From: Octopus vulgaris
Lineage: Eukaryota
Direction of reading: 5' to 3'
Length of the DNA stretch: 64,000 bases
Assembly (NCBI GenBank): GCA_951406725.2
Contig: OX597816.1
Span: forward strand, 99,262,001 to 99,326,000
Below the pieces are notes generated by a model. The model did not search any database. It was given only the letters and a program-made list of their open reading frames with translations, and was not told the DNA's origin. Numbering within the stretch: position 1 is the first letter of the stretch; every line of letters begins with the position of its first letter. Shown here one piece after another: positions 37,831 to 52,012 of this stretch. A program made the translations under genes and the position numbers.

Positions 37831-38336
37831 CAGGTAATAACAAACAGGTTGAATTGCTTATTTTCAAGGCCAGAGGTCGCTGGTAGTAGTAAACACATTT
37901 GACCCCTGGTGACCCGACGGATGCACAGTTTCTTTTGTCTCTATTGCTGACCTCACTACCATCTGCCGAATCTATTTATAGATTTGTAGAATATGATCTA
38001 TTCACCAACCTGCTACCCAACTATTTCCTTCAGCAACAACATATTTATGATTATCTCAAGTACAAGACAAAAGTTGAAAATAAAGAACAATTAGTAAATG
38101 GAATCAGTCATATTCACAATAACAATGGTATTGGTGATGATGATGATAATAATAATAATAATAATATGCTGCAGCTGCTAATGCTACAGTTACTACTATT
38201 ATGATAGCACAGGAATCTGAGGCCCAACTACCACCCTTACCAATACCCCCACGCCTGTTACTGTTGCTGTCAGCACTGCTGCTACTACACATAAAAACAA
38301 TAATATCATTGATATCAGTGAGGATAATAATAATAA

Positions 38337-40455
38337 TGAAAGGAAACGGGTGGAGCATCTCATGGACTAATCAATGGTACATCTAGTGATGATGACACAA
38401 TAAAAACACTGGTAATTGCGCAATCTGATAATCGCTACCGCATATGAGTGACAATGAAGAAACAAAATATTGTGAATAACGGTGGTAATGAAACTGAAGC
38501 CAATAATGGTGACAGTGTTGCACCCGGCAGGCTCAGAGATTCTGGTCCGGCTCCAGCTTGTCGATATCCAGAAAGGGACCACCACACACGGCGTTGATGG
38601 AGCAAGCATATTGATGCTGTGGTCATGGAGTGTTACTACTTGAGGAGCCCGCTAAATGAAAATGGTGATCAAATTAGGGGTTACCGACAACGTATGTATG
38701 ATCATTGGATAGAAAAGGGATTGTTTCAACTCACGGAACAAAGACTATGTGATCAAGCTAAAGCAAAAAAAAAAAATCGTTGGTTCATAAAAGTAGAGCT
38801 CGAAGCTGCCAAAAGACGGGTCTTGGAAATTAGCAGTACAGGTGATGATGGAAACAGAGGTTTGCTAATAAGAATAATCGCAAAGCAAAGGAAAGGAGCA
38901 GTGGTAGTTTACTTGATGAGCGACATATAGATGATCTAAAAGAAGACAATAAAACCAATGGCGGCATGACAGATGAACAAAAGGCAATCTACGACAGAAT
39001 AAAGGTAAGAATACAAGAGAACGGTGTATACTTTCAGTGCTGATATCAGAATGGAGTTCGGACTGAGAAAATGTGGTCTGGCAGTCTTGAATAGATGCAA
39101 AATCAAATGTATGAACGGGCTATCGATACCGTCAGGGGAGGTTATGAAGCAGATAGAAGAGACGGGCTATAAGTACTTGGGAATCTAGGAAGTGGATAAA
39201 TTGATGGAGAAAGAAATGACAGAAAAATTTAAGGTGGAGTACTTGCGCAGATAGATTCTGATCCTTAAGTCGAAATTAAACGAACGGAATAAGATCGAAG
39301 CTATCAACACCTGGGCGGATTCACACCTTAAATATGGAGCAGGGGTAATCGCATCAACAGTAGACGAACTAAACACCTTAGACAGAAAGAAAGGAAATTG
39401 CTAACTGGATATGGGTCACTCCACCCAAAAAGATATACAGACAGATTCTATGTACCAAGAGCAGAAGAAAACAACATAGCATGGTATGTAAAAAATGCCA
39501 CAGAACCGCTAATATTAGAAGTAAGAAGGTTAGGCTTGTGTAGGATGAACGATTGCAAATATAAAGCACAATACAAGAAATTGAAAACGAATGAACCTCA
39601 AAATAGGTGGGTAAAGAAAAGAATGCATGGTCAAATTCATAGGGATGTTGAAGATAATTTAGACAGAGAAAAGAGATGGCTGTGGACGACTAAATGTGAT
39701 TTGAAACCGGAAACGGAGGCTCTAATCTGTGCTGCCCAAGAGCAATTACTATGAACAAACTATATAAAATATAGAATAGACAACACAGCAGAAAGTTATA
39801 AATGCAGAATCTGTAGACAAAGCAGTGAAGCCATATGGCATATTACCAGCCAATGTATGTCTCTAGCGCAGAAGTAATATAAGAGACGCCACGACAATAT
39901 AGCCAGGTTTGTCCATTGAACACTCTGCAACAAGTAAGGATTTGACTGAGCAAAATATTGGTACGACCACAAACATGAAGTCATTGTCGAAAATAGAAAT
40001 GCAAAGATCCTATGCGATTTCATGATTCAGTGCGACCATGAGATAGAGAATAGGAAGCCGGACAGAGTCTTAATTGAGAAAGAAAACAAACTATGCTGGA
40101 TTATAGATATAGCATGCCCAGCTGACAGCAAGGTATGCGATACGGAAGATAGAAATGTCGATAGATATGACAGGTTAGCTTGGGAAGTTAAGCATTTGTG
40201 GTCGATGAAAAAGGTAGCAGTAGTACCAATAATTGTCGGAGCCCAGGGAACAGTGAGCCAAAAATCATGAGAAGTACGTGGAACAAATAGAGGCTGAAAT
40301 AAGGGTGGAGCACTTGCAGGAAATAGCATTGCTTAGAACCGCTCAAATACTCCGGAAGGTGCTCGAAAATTAAGGGGTGTTACATTAGTTCACTGGTAGT
40401 GAACAGCTGACAACATAGTACACCTCCAGCGTTAGAAGCAGTGCAAAGACATTGG
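38337..40455 (+). mobile_element. R4/Dong element with both ends and a large internal RT deletion
   Basis: VMECYY..GYRQRMYDHW..EQRLCDQAK, jump to MEFGLRKC/YKYLG, ICAAQEQ, KCRIC..HI..C, RHD, KPDRVL..IIDIACP; flanked by (AAT)n and (GAT)n. Confidence 0.9.
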
Positions 40456-41949
40456 TAATGATGATGATGATGATGATAAAAGAAATACGCTAGGATGATC
40501 GCAATATCTTAAAACCGAGTGACAAAAACAGATTTACAAAACGGGTTTCTTGAACCAACATGAAAAATTGCTTTCTTAGAGTTATGTATTTCCCCGTAAT
40601 CCCTCGGCATTTTAAATTATGTAAAACATTTCAACCTTGATCTCTTTCAGCATTTATTGTTTTTTTATCCGCTTCCTACTATCTACCATCACTCAAACAT
40701 ATTTGCTATAATATCCCTTCTTTTCACTTTTCCATCTTTCACATATCGAAGTTCTTTTCACTTAATTTTTGTTACATATTTTCCATTCACGTTTCGTTAA
40801 TCTCTCTCTCCTGTCACTTATTTCATGCGTAATCTACAAACAATTACAAGCATTCTTTCTTTCTATAGTCATTTTTAATTAACTAATTATTGAAATAGCT
40901 ATAATATACCTAATGATATGCGAGTGCATGTATGTATGCATCTATAATGTACGTGCGTACGTTTCCGCAACATTCATGCAATCTCCAGCAAAATTATGAC
41001 TGCTGTTTCATCTTGTGCTGCAACAGTAAACACTTAAAATACTCCTAAGAGATATATTTCAGTGAATGTAAACGTGATACTCTGTGACCATTTCCTCAGA
41101 AAGGTCAGCTTTCGATTTTATAACTTCATTGACCAATGAAACTGGGGAACAAATGAAAAAAGAAGTAAACCTAGAAAACCCAGTCTCAAAAATGGAAGTT
41201 CCCATTTGCTAAAATACCAGCTCGTTTATGAATCAATGCCTTCACTTTGAAGGAAAAGCGCAATGTACTGAACGTTTTGTCAATTGGCCAACACGAAAAT
41301 CAATTCCAACTTTGTCAACCCTTCACGCTTATAGTTTATACTTCAACTCTTGCTTTTAAACACATGGGATATGGTTTATGTTATTCATAATCCCTGCCTT
41401 AATTTAGCCTGCTCATATCATTAATGTTTTTTTTCCTTAATGCGGTTTTATTCTTTCCTTTTTCATAATATTCCATAAATCAATTTCAGCTCTTCAATTA
41501 TAAGATGTAATTTACAAATCTAAACTTTAATTCACAAAAGTAAACGTGTCTAAACTGAAGATTATATTAAAATGAGGTATGTGTAAGTAATAATATTAAG
41601 TTAGAAAAGGATTTTGATAGATATTTTCTTTATATTTTCTTTATATTTTCTTACATTCTGTTATGTAATTTCCCATGTAATTTTCTTGAAATCCGCCGAT
41701 TCATGTATGAAAATAACATTGTTAATATTTCCTACAAACTCAACATCAATTCCGTTTTATTACATTAACCATCGATCAATATTTATTACTCTTGGTAGAG
41801 CGCTAAACACAATCCCATTTTACTTCTCGAGTTCTACACCTTTACATTGCATTCTTCGAAAGGTACGAATGTTGCTATAATCCACATCCAAATGTCGTTG
41901 CTTTTCTATTTAAACTACAGATATTTTGTGCCTGTCTAACTTCCTATTT

Positions 41950-42900
41950 TACTCGCAAGCCTGATGGTAAGTCTCCCCTCCAAGATCTTCGATACTTACC
42001 TCGTCCTCCGCCTCTTCAACTTCTTTTCCCCTCTGCTGACTTATTATTTATTTATATACCATCCTTCACTTCCAGTATTTCTGTACCATTTTTATTTATG
42101 CACCTCTGTTTACCTCCTTTTATCCTAAATTGCTTTTGATCTCTGTTGTTTCTCTGGTTGATCAGCAGATGATTTGGATGCCCATTACCAAAGAATGGAC
42201 ATCTAACTTCACAATTCTGTTTATTGGTTACGTTGACACGAAACGTTTTTCGTCGTTCACTGGTCCGATCCCAGAACTAAACGATGAACATTCGTTATAT
42301 TGGTACCTCTTCTCAGCCCTGTGGAAAACTAAACATTCTTCTTCGTCGGCGCTCTTCATCTTTCCCTATATCAGACACTTCACTCAATTTTCTTGACATT
42401 ACTGTTTCTATTGACTCTTCATTCTCATTCTTTCCATCTATGTTTTTCTCTATTCTCACCGACACTCCCCTCTACTCACACCAAGCACACCATCTCTTGT
42501 CAATCTCTTCCCAGTGCCTTCCTCTCGGTCATCTCTCTCCCTGCAACCATGACTTGAAAATCAGGTTCAACCCTTATTCAAACCACGCTTATTCGCGCCC
42601 ATGCAACCTATTACATCTCCGCCCATTGACGTAGCATTGACCCATCTCCGATCCACTATCTCCTTTTTCTCTCTCCTACCACCTCTCCATCCTATCCCTC
42701 TACTTCTTCAGCTGTCTATAAGCTGTCTGCGTCAACTTCTGTTTCTTTTCACTTTCTTTTCTTTAACCATGTCTACAACATCTGCAACCTCTTTGTTTAG
42801 AGATACATCTCTACAACCCATCCGTCACTTGGAACCTTCCTGCTCTACATGATGACATGCCTTTCCCTTATACACACACTCTCAAATACGCTGTCAAAAC
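41950..42900 (+). mobile_element. Decayed Penelope-like RT fragment
   Basis: C/T-rich; LFIGYV, IRYIG (YIDD remnant), LNFLDITVSI motifs. Confidence 0.65.
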
Positions 42901-44249
42901 ATTCTACCATTTCTCACTTTGACAATCGCATTCATCAGTCCCTGGACACATACATTTATTCATTGACACACACGTACACTCTAAGTCACTCATTCACTTT
43001 TTAACACCATGCTTGATTGGCACCTTTGGATCATCCACTTCTGATCACCACCTTTCACTCTTTACTTGATTGTTTGACTGACACTATGATCAGTTATATC
43101 CACCCAAACTCTGATACATATGTTCATCGACCATTTCCTCCCTTTGCATTAGCTTTCCTCTCAAAAATTTCTTCCTTTTATCGTTCCAGTAAGCACGTAT
43201 GGTCCCAATTTTCAAGCTTTCACTTATTACCATTTTGAATGTTTTACCATCTTAACAATGTGAGTATTTGCTCTCTGGATAAAACTTTTCCTTCGTTATA
43301 TGTTTCCATATCCAAAACTATGACTCTTTTTTTCTGTAATACGGATCAAGCAAACAATACATTCATGTTCGTCTATCGAAACCATCTTACACTATTTTTT
43401 CGTAAGATCTTTATTCTCATACACAAAAGTACACAGACGCCCCTCACACACACACACACACGCACACACACACTTAAGCATAACCCAAAGAATGATTATC
43501 TACAAGCACACCGATATCAAGCCCACTTCACTACAAAGAACCGCCATCAAACTTACATATATACTTATACATACACGACACCAATACCATATCCCTTACA
43601 TCAATAATTAGTGCACACCCACTATAATAGATAGATCTATATACCAAACTCACCACTCTCCTTGACCCTATACCGCATAAATCTGCATTTTCCCTGTTTT
43701 TTTCTGTTGTTCACTTTGCCCCTGTATCCTTGCTCCAATTTTAATTCTTTAACTTTTCAGCGATTCATTTGCGCCCTAATTGAACCCACCTCTCAAACCT
43801 TCTTGGAAAAGTTCAAGTGTGCATTGTTGCACGCATTTCTTGACAGCCATTTTCATCTCGTCTCTCTCACCAAATCATTTTCTTTCGATTGCTGCCTCTT
43901 GTATTCTGTAGGTCAAGGAGAAGTGACATTATTACACTGCGTAAGCTTTTGTTTCTTCATTATAATGATACAGACGCATTTCACCCCTTTTCACCAAAAA
44001 GCAAAATAAAAAAGCCCATCATCATTGGCTTCGTAATTTTCCAACAGATTAGGGCAACCTTCCACCCTTCTCCCCTTCAAAGCGGGTGTAAACTGCTAAA
44101 GTATGCGCTTTACACATACTTTTGGTACCCAAACTCTTACGCCGCATTCTACAGTTCAGTGCTGCCACAAACTCACGGATTTTAATTCATTTGTCTCAGT
44201 GAATGAATTTGTAGATTGGTTGTAAGTGATGGTCACTTACTGCGTAATT

Positions 44250-44420
44250 TGTCTTCAATAGTGGTCCTCTCCTATAATCTTCTTCATCCATCAATACATA
44301 TTGATCTTGTCAATGATGTCACTTCTGTAAATAACTTGTCGCCTTCCGTGAATTGGACAGCATTTAGCCCTCCTTCGTGACGAGTCCATCGACGGCACGT
44401 TGTTTATGCTTAGAGCCTTA
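44250..44420 (+). mobile_element. Possible hAT (Buster/Charlie-like) transposase remnant
   Basis: LSYN...IDLVNDV then LALLRDESID, resembling PLSxNT..RI.DL..D and FALQLDESTD. Confidence 0.4.
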
Positions 44421-45553
44421 TATACATATGTCTGCATTAAAAACAAGAAGGGAGGAGACTTTCTGTGGGGTAAATGTTACTGTTTCCAAGTGTGAGAGTT
44501 GAATAACTTAAACCTTTACGAAATTATGCCCAATTCAGCATTACTTTCAGCACAATACGTATATATTCACGGGTTCTGTTTATCATTACCTTCCTTTGTC
44601 CAGGAAATACTTCTCTTTCCTCCTTTACTCTTTCAAAAATTTAACATGATTACTTTCGTATCTAATTTTCAAATTGTGCGTAATTTGTTTAGATAAGTTG
44701 TTTAGATTGTTTCAACAATCCAAAGCAGGATTCCCTTCATAGTAATTTTAAGAGTTATTTTTAAGTCACCGTTAGCATCGCAACAAATGGATCTCGAAGA
44801 CTAGGCTTGCTGTTAACGGTCAGAAAATACTGAACAGTTGCTGATCCTGAGTAACCATCAGATCTTAATATCACTGAATTATTGTACGCATATATGGGAC
44901 AATTGTCTTACTATATATACACAGACATGCATAAAGAGCATCCGACAGTAGGCGATCAACTGATTCACTCATATGTACACAATAAAATCTCACACAAAAT
45001 TCATCTACATACCTTCAACGTGGTCGCTAATCTGTCAGTTCCTACTCAAACATTTCCTTACTGAATTAAAAATAGATGGTGTTGGATAATGGAGTTCTGG
45101 GTTCCTCGCACACAGGTAAAAGATGGGATAGTTACGGCTGGATTTGCTTCAGCCACAAACCTGGTCAAAAGTTTTTCTATGGTTACACAAACAGATTTAC
45201 GTCTCCAAAATAGCTTACTAAAAACTTACTCCACACAAGGCAGCCAATGCACTCGTACTTGTTTCTCCATCAATACTGATTTATTTCATTCTCAATATCT
45301 AATTGCTACACAGTTCTTAATCTTCGGAAATCCCTCTGGAATTCCCTACTGATCCAAGTCATACGTGTTTCCTACAAACTATGAGTAAATTAAACATCAA
45401 ATGGATCGATGTTATCAATCCCTGCCTGAAAACATTGATAATAACCCTTCCGTTTAGACTAGTTCACCACAGGAATTGAAACTACATCTTGGACGCGACT
45501 ATTTGAATTTATTGAGTGTGTATATGAAACTAAGATGTTACTGCTGCTGCTGA

Positions 45554-45592
<39 letters not shown>

Positions 45593-47473
45593 GAGGAGGA
45601 GGAGGAGGAGGAGGAGGAGGAGCAAAAACAACTTGCGTCCCTTATCGAAATTTAACAGGGAAAGATGGTTGCTATCGTTTCATATGTATAGTTAATTAAT
45701 AACTGTATGGAAAATTTTATAACTATTTTGTTTCTGTATTTTCTTGTGCTTCGAATTTTTTACCTAGCATCGTCCATCTTAATACTATCCACTTTGATCA
45801 CTGTACTAAAGTACAAGTGACTCATGAACAGTCTGAACAATCACAGCATCGCTGCACGCATCAAGTACATGCTGCTGCTATATACAGCACAATCACATAT
45901 GTTACTTCTATATTATATGTATGTGTATATGTGTATTTGAGTATGTGCATGCATATGTGTATATGTGTGCATAGCATGTCTCATTTCGCGCGTATGTATA
46001 TCTGTCAGTACTGCATTTGATTTGTATATAGTTTGTATGCGTGTATATGAAACCGTCTGTATATGATGCATCACATTTTGTGGTCATATGTAAGAGTGAG
46101 CATAAATCATGGTTCTTCTAACAATTTATAGGTGTGCGTTATGCTTGTTTAATGTATACACCTCTGATCAAATGCATTTCAAGATACGCAAAAACGTATG
46201 CGAAATGCACGCACGCGTGCGCTCACACAGTCGTTCATAAAAGCACACAAACGCACCACCATTCACACAAACATCCACACATGTACACAGATGCGTATTT
46301 GTATATGAATGGATGCATATGAAAGTATGACTATATATCAGATACATATTTATATAAATATAAGACAGGCGTATGTATGCATTTGTGTGTATGTATGTAT
46401 GTATTTGTATGTGTTTATGTGTGCATTCCAAGTGATATCTGTTTTAGAACTTATCTCCTCTATATATTAATTTAATAAAGTATCCACATGCTTCCATCTT
46501 CTCTGATATTCACTGACGTTTTCCATTAATATAAAACTGCCGCTACTACCACCCCACTTACATCGCGACCCAGGCTTGCGTCTTTCCACTTCAAGAATTG
46601 TTCTCACTTAATTTGATAAGAACATATTCAAAGACTCAAAGAAAGACGAATATAAAAAGGAAAAAAGAAAAAATATGAAACAAAGTGAAACAAAAGAACA
46701 TAGGAATATATTCTTTTATAGAATCAAGTCAATACCCATCTTGGCCATTTATATGATTGTGGAATTGACTGGAATTTCAACTAAAGCAGAAATGCAAGAA
46801 CACTTATACAAAAGAAAAAATATATTCAACACACTGAAGCCGTGAAAGAAGAAAGGAATAATAATAGATTAACAAATATTTCATTTAATTTGAAGGAACC
46901 CAACAAAATTGTCTGTATTTCATGCTTTTTTAAGCCTTTAATATGATTTATAAGAATCAAAAGAATCTTTATTGGTTAAGTGAAACATGGAAAATGTCTA
47001 GGGAGGGTTAAGATTTAATACAATGCCTTATTTCAAAGATTTTCAATTTGCAAACACTAATATTCACAAATGCCTTCTTTGTTTGGAATCTACTTTTGTA
47101 CAAAGACAGAAAAGTGGCTATGATCAATGAACTTCCTCCATCTTTATAAGTAACAAAACATTAACAGCTTCACATACATATACTCTCAGACTGTTGGCTT
47201 ACATACATTCATATAATACAAACACACACACACTCACACACATACGCATGCACATTCACACACATGCACTCACATGGACACACACCAACACATACACTCG
47301 CAAACAAACAAACAAACAACATACACATGCACTCACACACTCACACGCACACCAGTGTGTGTTTATGAGTGTACGTCTGAAGTTTGCATATCTGAATATA
47401 ATGTATATATGTGCGTGTGTATGTATATAAGTATATATGTATGAGTGTATATATGTCTGTAAACATATTTGAG

Positions 47474-47509
<36 letters not shown>

Positions 47510-50117
47510 TATTTATGTACATATATAACGTATATATGTGTGAAAATTTATATATATGTAATGTATACACATATGTGTGTGCGTGCGCGTGCGTCTGTTG
47601 CGGATTCACTTCTTTGGTTTTGACAATAAGCATGCAGCTGTGCGAACGACTGAATTCCAACTCAGGAAATTTATCGGTAATATTCCACTGAGATGTATAT
47701 ACTTATCGCATTCCTCAGGTTGAATCAGTATGAAATATTACAAAAAAACTGAACCTTTGAATTACAGGGAAAATCCAGAGAGAAAGAAGAAAAAATAAAT
47801 CATGTTCATTGCTAGTAATTTATCAGTCGACTTCCAAATATTAAGACAGTGAGATTTGGACTCACTGAACAGAGATCCAGAATATATAGCCACACATAAA
47901 CACTTTCTTAATTTGCCATATTAAAAGTGTAACCGAGTGTGAACATGTGTGTGTGTGCGTCTGTTGTATGTATTTGTATGTGTATTTGTATTCGTGTATG
48001 TATTAAGTCGTTATAGATAATGACCGAAATATACTAGGCCAGTTATATTGCCTGATTCTTCGATTCATCACTGATTAATTTCTGAATGAATTTTCGTTTC
48101 ATTACAGATATATATCTGAATGAATCTGATTCTTTGAAATAAATCTGGCCTGAAAATATATATCTGGAAATATATTTCAAAACATATCTGTCCTGGATTT
48201 CATAATTCGGTCATATTTTTAGCCGAAAAACTCCTTAGTTGATCTAATTAAATAATTTCAGGAGAACTCAACACCTTTGTTTTATGTGTACGCGTGTATG
48301 AGTGTGTGTGTGTGTGTGTGTGCTTCTGTAAATGTATGTATGTGCGTGTATGTGTGTATGCGTGTGTGCTTTCTGGGGTTAGTGACAGTAGCTAGTCATG
48401 GAACAAGATTTTTATATTGAAATTTACTGTACAATCTTTTAAGTGTATACATATATGTATGCATGTACGTGCGTGTGCATGTATGTGTGTGTGTGTGTGT
48501 GTGTGGGGGGGGGGTTATGAGCACATAATGAATGTCGTTGCATATACGGATATTATAGTATGCTGAAATATTGGACTGATTTACATAGTTGGAGAGTAAT
48601 CTTGATAGCTGGTGTTTGTAATCTTCAGATCAGGCGTGTTCTTTTTTAGTTTCTGAAGACTACGTTCTCACATTTCGTACTGAAGCATTAATCAAATACT
48701 CAAATAATCAGATAATTATTTGTAGGAATATAAAATTATACTCATGGGGGAGTAACTGATGAATTACTATTTATTAGACTTTGAGATTTTTTCCTTAATA
48801 TTTAACTTTCTATTGACATCAAATGCTGTGCATAGTTTCTTTCCTCTGTATCGGATCATTATGTTTAGTCCGTTGTTTTTTTTTCATTGAAGCCGTGATA
48901 AAGACATTCCACCAGTATTCATTTGAATTATGTGTTGTGATACTCACTGCAAAATGGAGCAATAGATTCCCATTCAATAAGAAATGAGCCAAAAGGAAGG
49001 AAGCTCTCCCTGAAAGAACAAGCAGAACACTAATGTCGCCGCTGCCATAACTTACTGTTTCACTGTCATGCCTTGCGACAGTTTTCGTTTTATCGCATTG
49101 CGGCGTTTGCTCTTCTGATTCTTTTATAAGGAACACGTTCCACTTTGTAGGACGATCCATCTGCTTCCAACGTTTCAGCAATGAAGGCACAGCAAGTCCT
49201 GGCTGTTGATCTTCAGCTAATGCACTATTATGTATTCCGGCAGCAGCATCTTCACAGAATCCCTTTTCTTTCTATGAAAAATTATTCTATAGCTTGTCTA
49301 TTTCATGAAGTCGTAGTTCAAATGTAGATTAAACTGGGCTCCTTGCATCCGGCCCCATAGTTTCATATAAGCAACTTACTGAGTATTAGTGGCAACAAAA
49401 ATGACAGTTTTCTTCAGGAAGCTACGATCAACGACGAAATTTATCCTAAATGGACAATTCCAAAGTATATTTTGGCTAATGACTTCTAGAAACGCATTGT
49501 ATTATATAACTTACGGGCTCCACCGTGACTATAGACGTTTGGTTCTCCACTATTGGTCATCACATTCTGAGAACCCTACAAGTCTTTCACTAAACACACA
49601 AATGATCTCCCAAACACATTTGCTGCAAAGCATGGTCTTAAAGATTCGGACACCGGCCCAGTAACACCCCCCTAAGAGAATAGCTATATATATACCAGTC
49701 CTGCACACATACCAAACCCTTGAAACTCGTATATATTTTCACCCACAACACTCTTGCTGCTTTACAGCCATCTCAGATACCTTGGCGCCACGGGAAATAA
49801 CTTTAGATACATCCATCCAGAATATTCTTTGCCACAAATTCGGTTCGTCATTTTTCACAGTCACCAAAAGAGATGTGACATGTTTTGCTTGCAACAACAG
49901 AGAACAGACACCATAGTGTTTCCATAGCTGCCATTTCTGAAGAATACACAATACATAGTTAACTAATATCAGGTTATCTACTATCCATTGCGCAACTAAC
50001 TGCTAAGATCGGCTGAAATGGATCTATAATACGGTATATTTTGATTAATTTTATTAACAAATATACGAGTGCATATTGATTTCTGACGTAAGCCTATAGC
50101 TTCGTAGACGACTATGA

Positions 50118-50177
<60 letters not shown>
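50118..50177. repeat. (TG)n perfect microsatellite
   Basis: Directly visible. Confidence 0.95.
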
Positions 50178-50179
<2 letters not shown>

Positions 50180-51263
50180 AAATGTTTCAGACGCATTAAA
50201 ATAATTTCAGACGCTTTCAGAAAACTTTATGCAGAAATGTGCTGTGGGTATAGCGAGACTTAAATGACTTACCCAATAGGAATACGTATGCCACTTAAAA
50301 ATACATAGCGGTTCATCAACAACAAACACGTCATCCGATCTGTGAAGAAATTCGACTCTGTAACTATTTAGATAGATGTGCAGAGAATATGGCAACAAAA
50401 GTTTCAGCTTTTTCGATTATATCAATGTATAGAAAATATGACAAAACAACAATCAATCAATACATAAACACTTTTAGTGAAAAACACTAACCAAGTCTGA
50501 ATCGTTAATCAATTACTGACATTGATTCTTACTTCATTTATCAATATTTATAAATATATTTTCCATTATAGTTAAAGTACAAAAATCTACATCCCTATTT
50601 AATTTGGGTCTTCTAACGTACATATTATTATTTCCCTTTATACTGAGAAAATCTATAAGTGTTTATGTCTGTTAGAGACATTATAATGAATGGAAGATAG
50701 TAGCAAGGAATTTCACACCTACGTTGCAGTTAATATCATCTAAAAGACGTGAAATCAGTTTTTATTTATCTAGTTTTGAATATTTTATTATGAATCTATA
50801 TATTTGTAAGTGTGGAACGTAAAAATGTACTTTCAAATAGGTAATCTAGAAATGATTTAATTGTTGTTATACATTTTCTATATTAAATTTATGAATATTA
50901 ATAACGTAGTTAGAAATAATTTGATAATGATAAACTGTTATTCAATGCATATTATGAAATTTTGAAATGATTTGAATGCAATAATATAGTATGCAATTTA
51001 AAAGAAATACCACATTTTACATATATATGTTTGTATATGTGTATACATCATTATACATGCACACGCACGCACGCACGCACATATTTATAACGATGCGGAT
51101 ATATTAAAATGCATGTATATATATGTGTGTATCCGCATATATTTTCATATATATATATGTGTGTGTATGTGTGTGTGTGCATCGGTGTGTATTTGTATCT
51201 ATACACACACACGTATATATATGTATACAGTTATATATACATATATATGCGTATATAAATGTA

Positions 51264-51301
<38 letters not shown>

Positions 51302-51821
51302 TTTGTTTTCCAAGATTCCTGATGTGAAATCGTGTGTTGAAATGTTTTTTTTTTTTTCGGAATGGTAATTTTTTTTCTCCAAATAACCGCCGACATGCTG
51401 TGACCATTTGCATGTTTTACACTACTTACAGAACTTCATTGGATATTGGATATTCATTAGATATTGGATATTCTGGCAAGGAGGTGGAATTCGCCGGATC
51501 CTCTCCATTCATTCTGAGGAGAATTTGCGTCTTTACATCGTAGTGCAATGTAGGTGATACAGGTACTTCAGAGCCATACAAAATGCGAGCTTTCCAGCGC
51601 TCGCATTTAATTCTCTTTTCAAAATTCTGTACTTGCTTTTTCAAGAAGTGAGGTATACATAAAGTAGGAATATTCCTACATTATGTATTCTTTTTATGCA
51701 TGTATACAGTTGATGTTATACATGATCAGTAAACAAGTGTCACCTTAGTCTGCCGGCTGTGGACTGCTGATACTTCCCATCATACTCAGAAAAATAAGCT
51801 GCGAGTTTTCGTATAATGATG

Positions 51822-52012
51822 ATAATTTTGGTACAAGGCTTGCGAGTTTGGAGGAGGGGTAAGTCAATGAAATTGAGCCCCGTGCTCAACTTGTACCTAC
51901 ATTACCGACAGCGAAAGGATGGAAGATAAAGTCGACCTCGGCGGAATTTGAATTCAGAACGTAAAGACGGACGAAATCCCGGCATGCTAACGATTCCGCC
52001 AGCTTACTGCCT
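51822..52012 (-). mobile_element. Meta/MESC-core SINE (second partial copy at 52478-52612)
   Basis: AAAGTCGACCTCGGCGGAATTTGAA.TCAGAACGTAAAGACGGACGAAAT. Confidence 0.85.

Noticed and set aside
49389-49664. MULE/FAR1 transposase reading (GQFQSIFW..SR)
   Set aside because: Catalytic DTTY and TD motifs are absent; flanking motifs fit a frameshifted NIDO domain better
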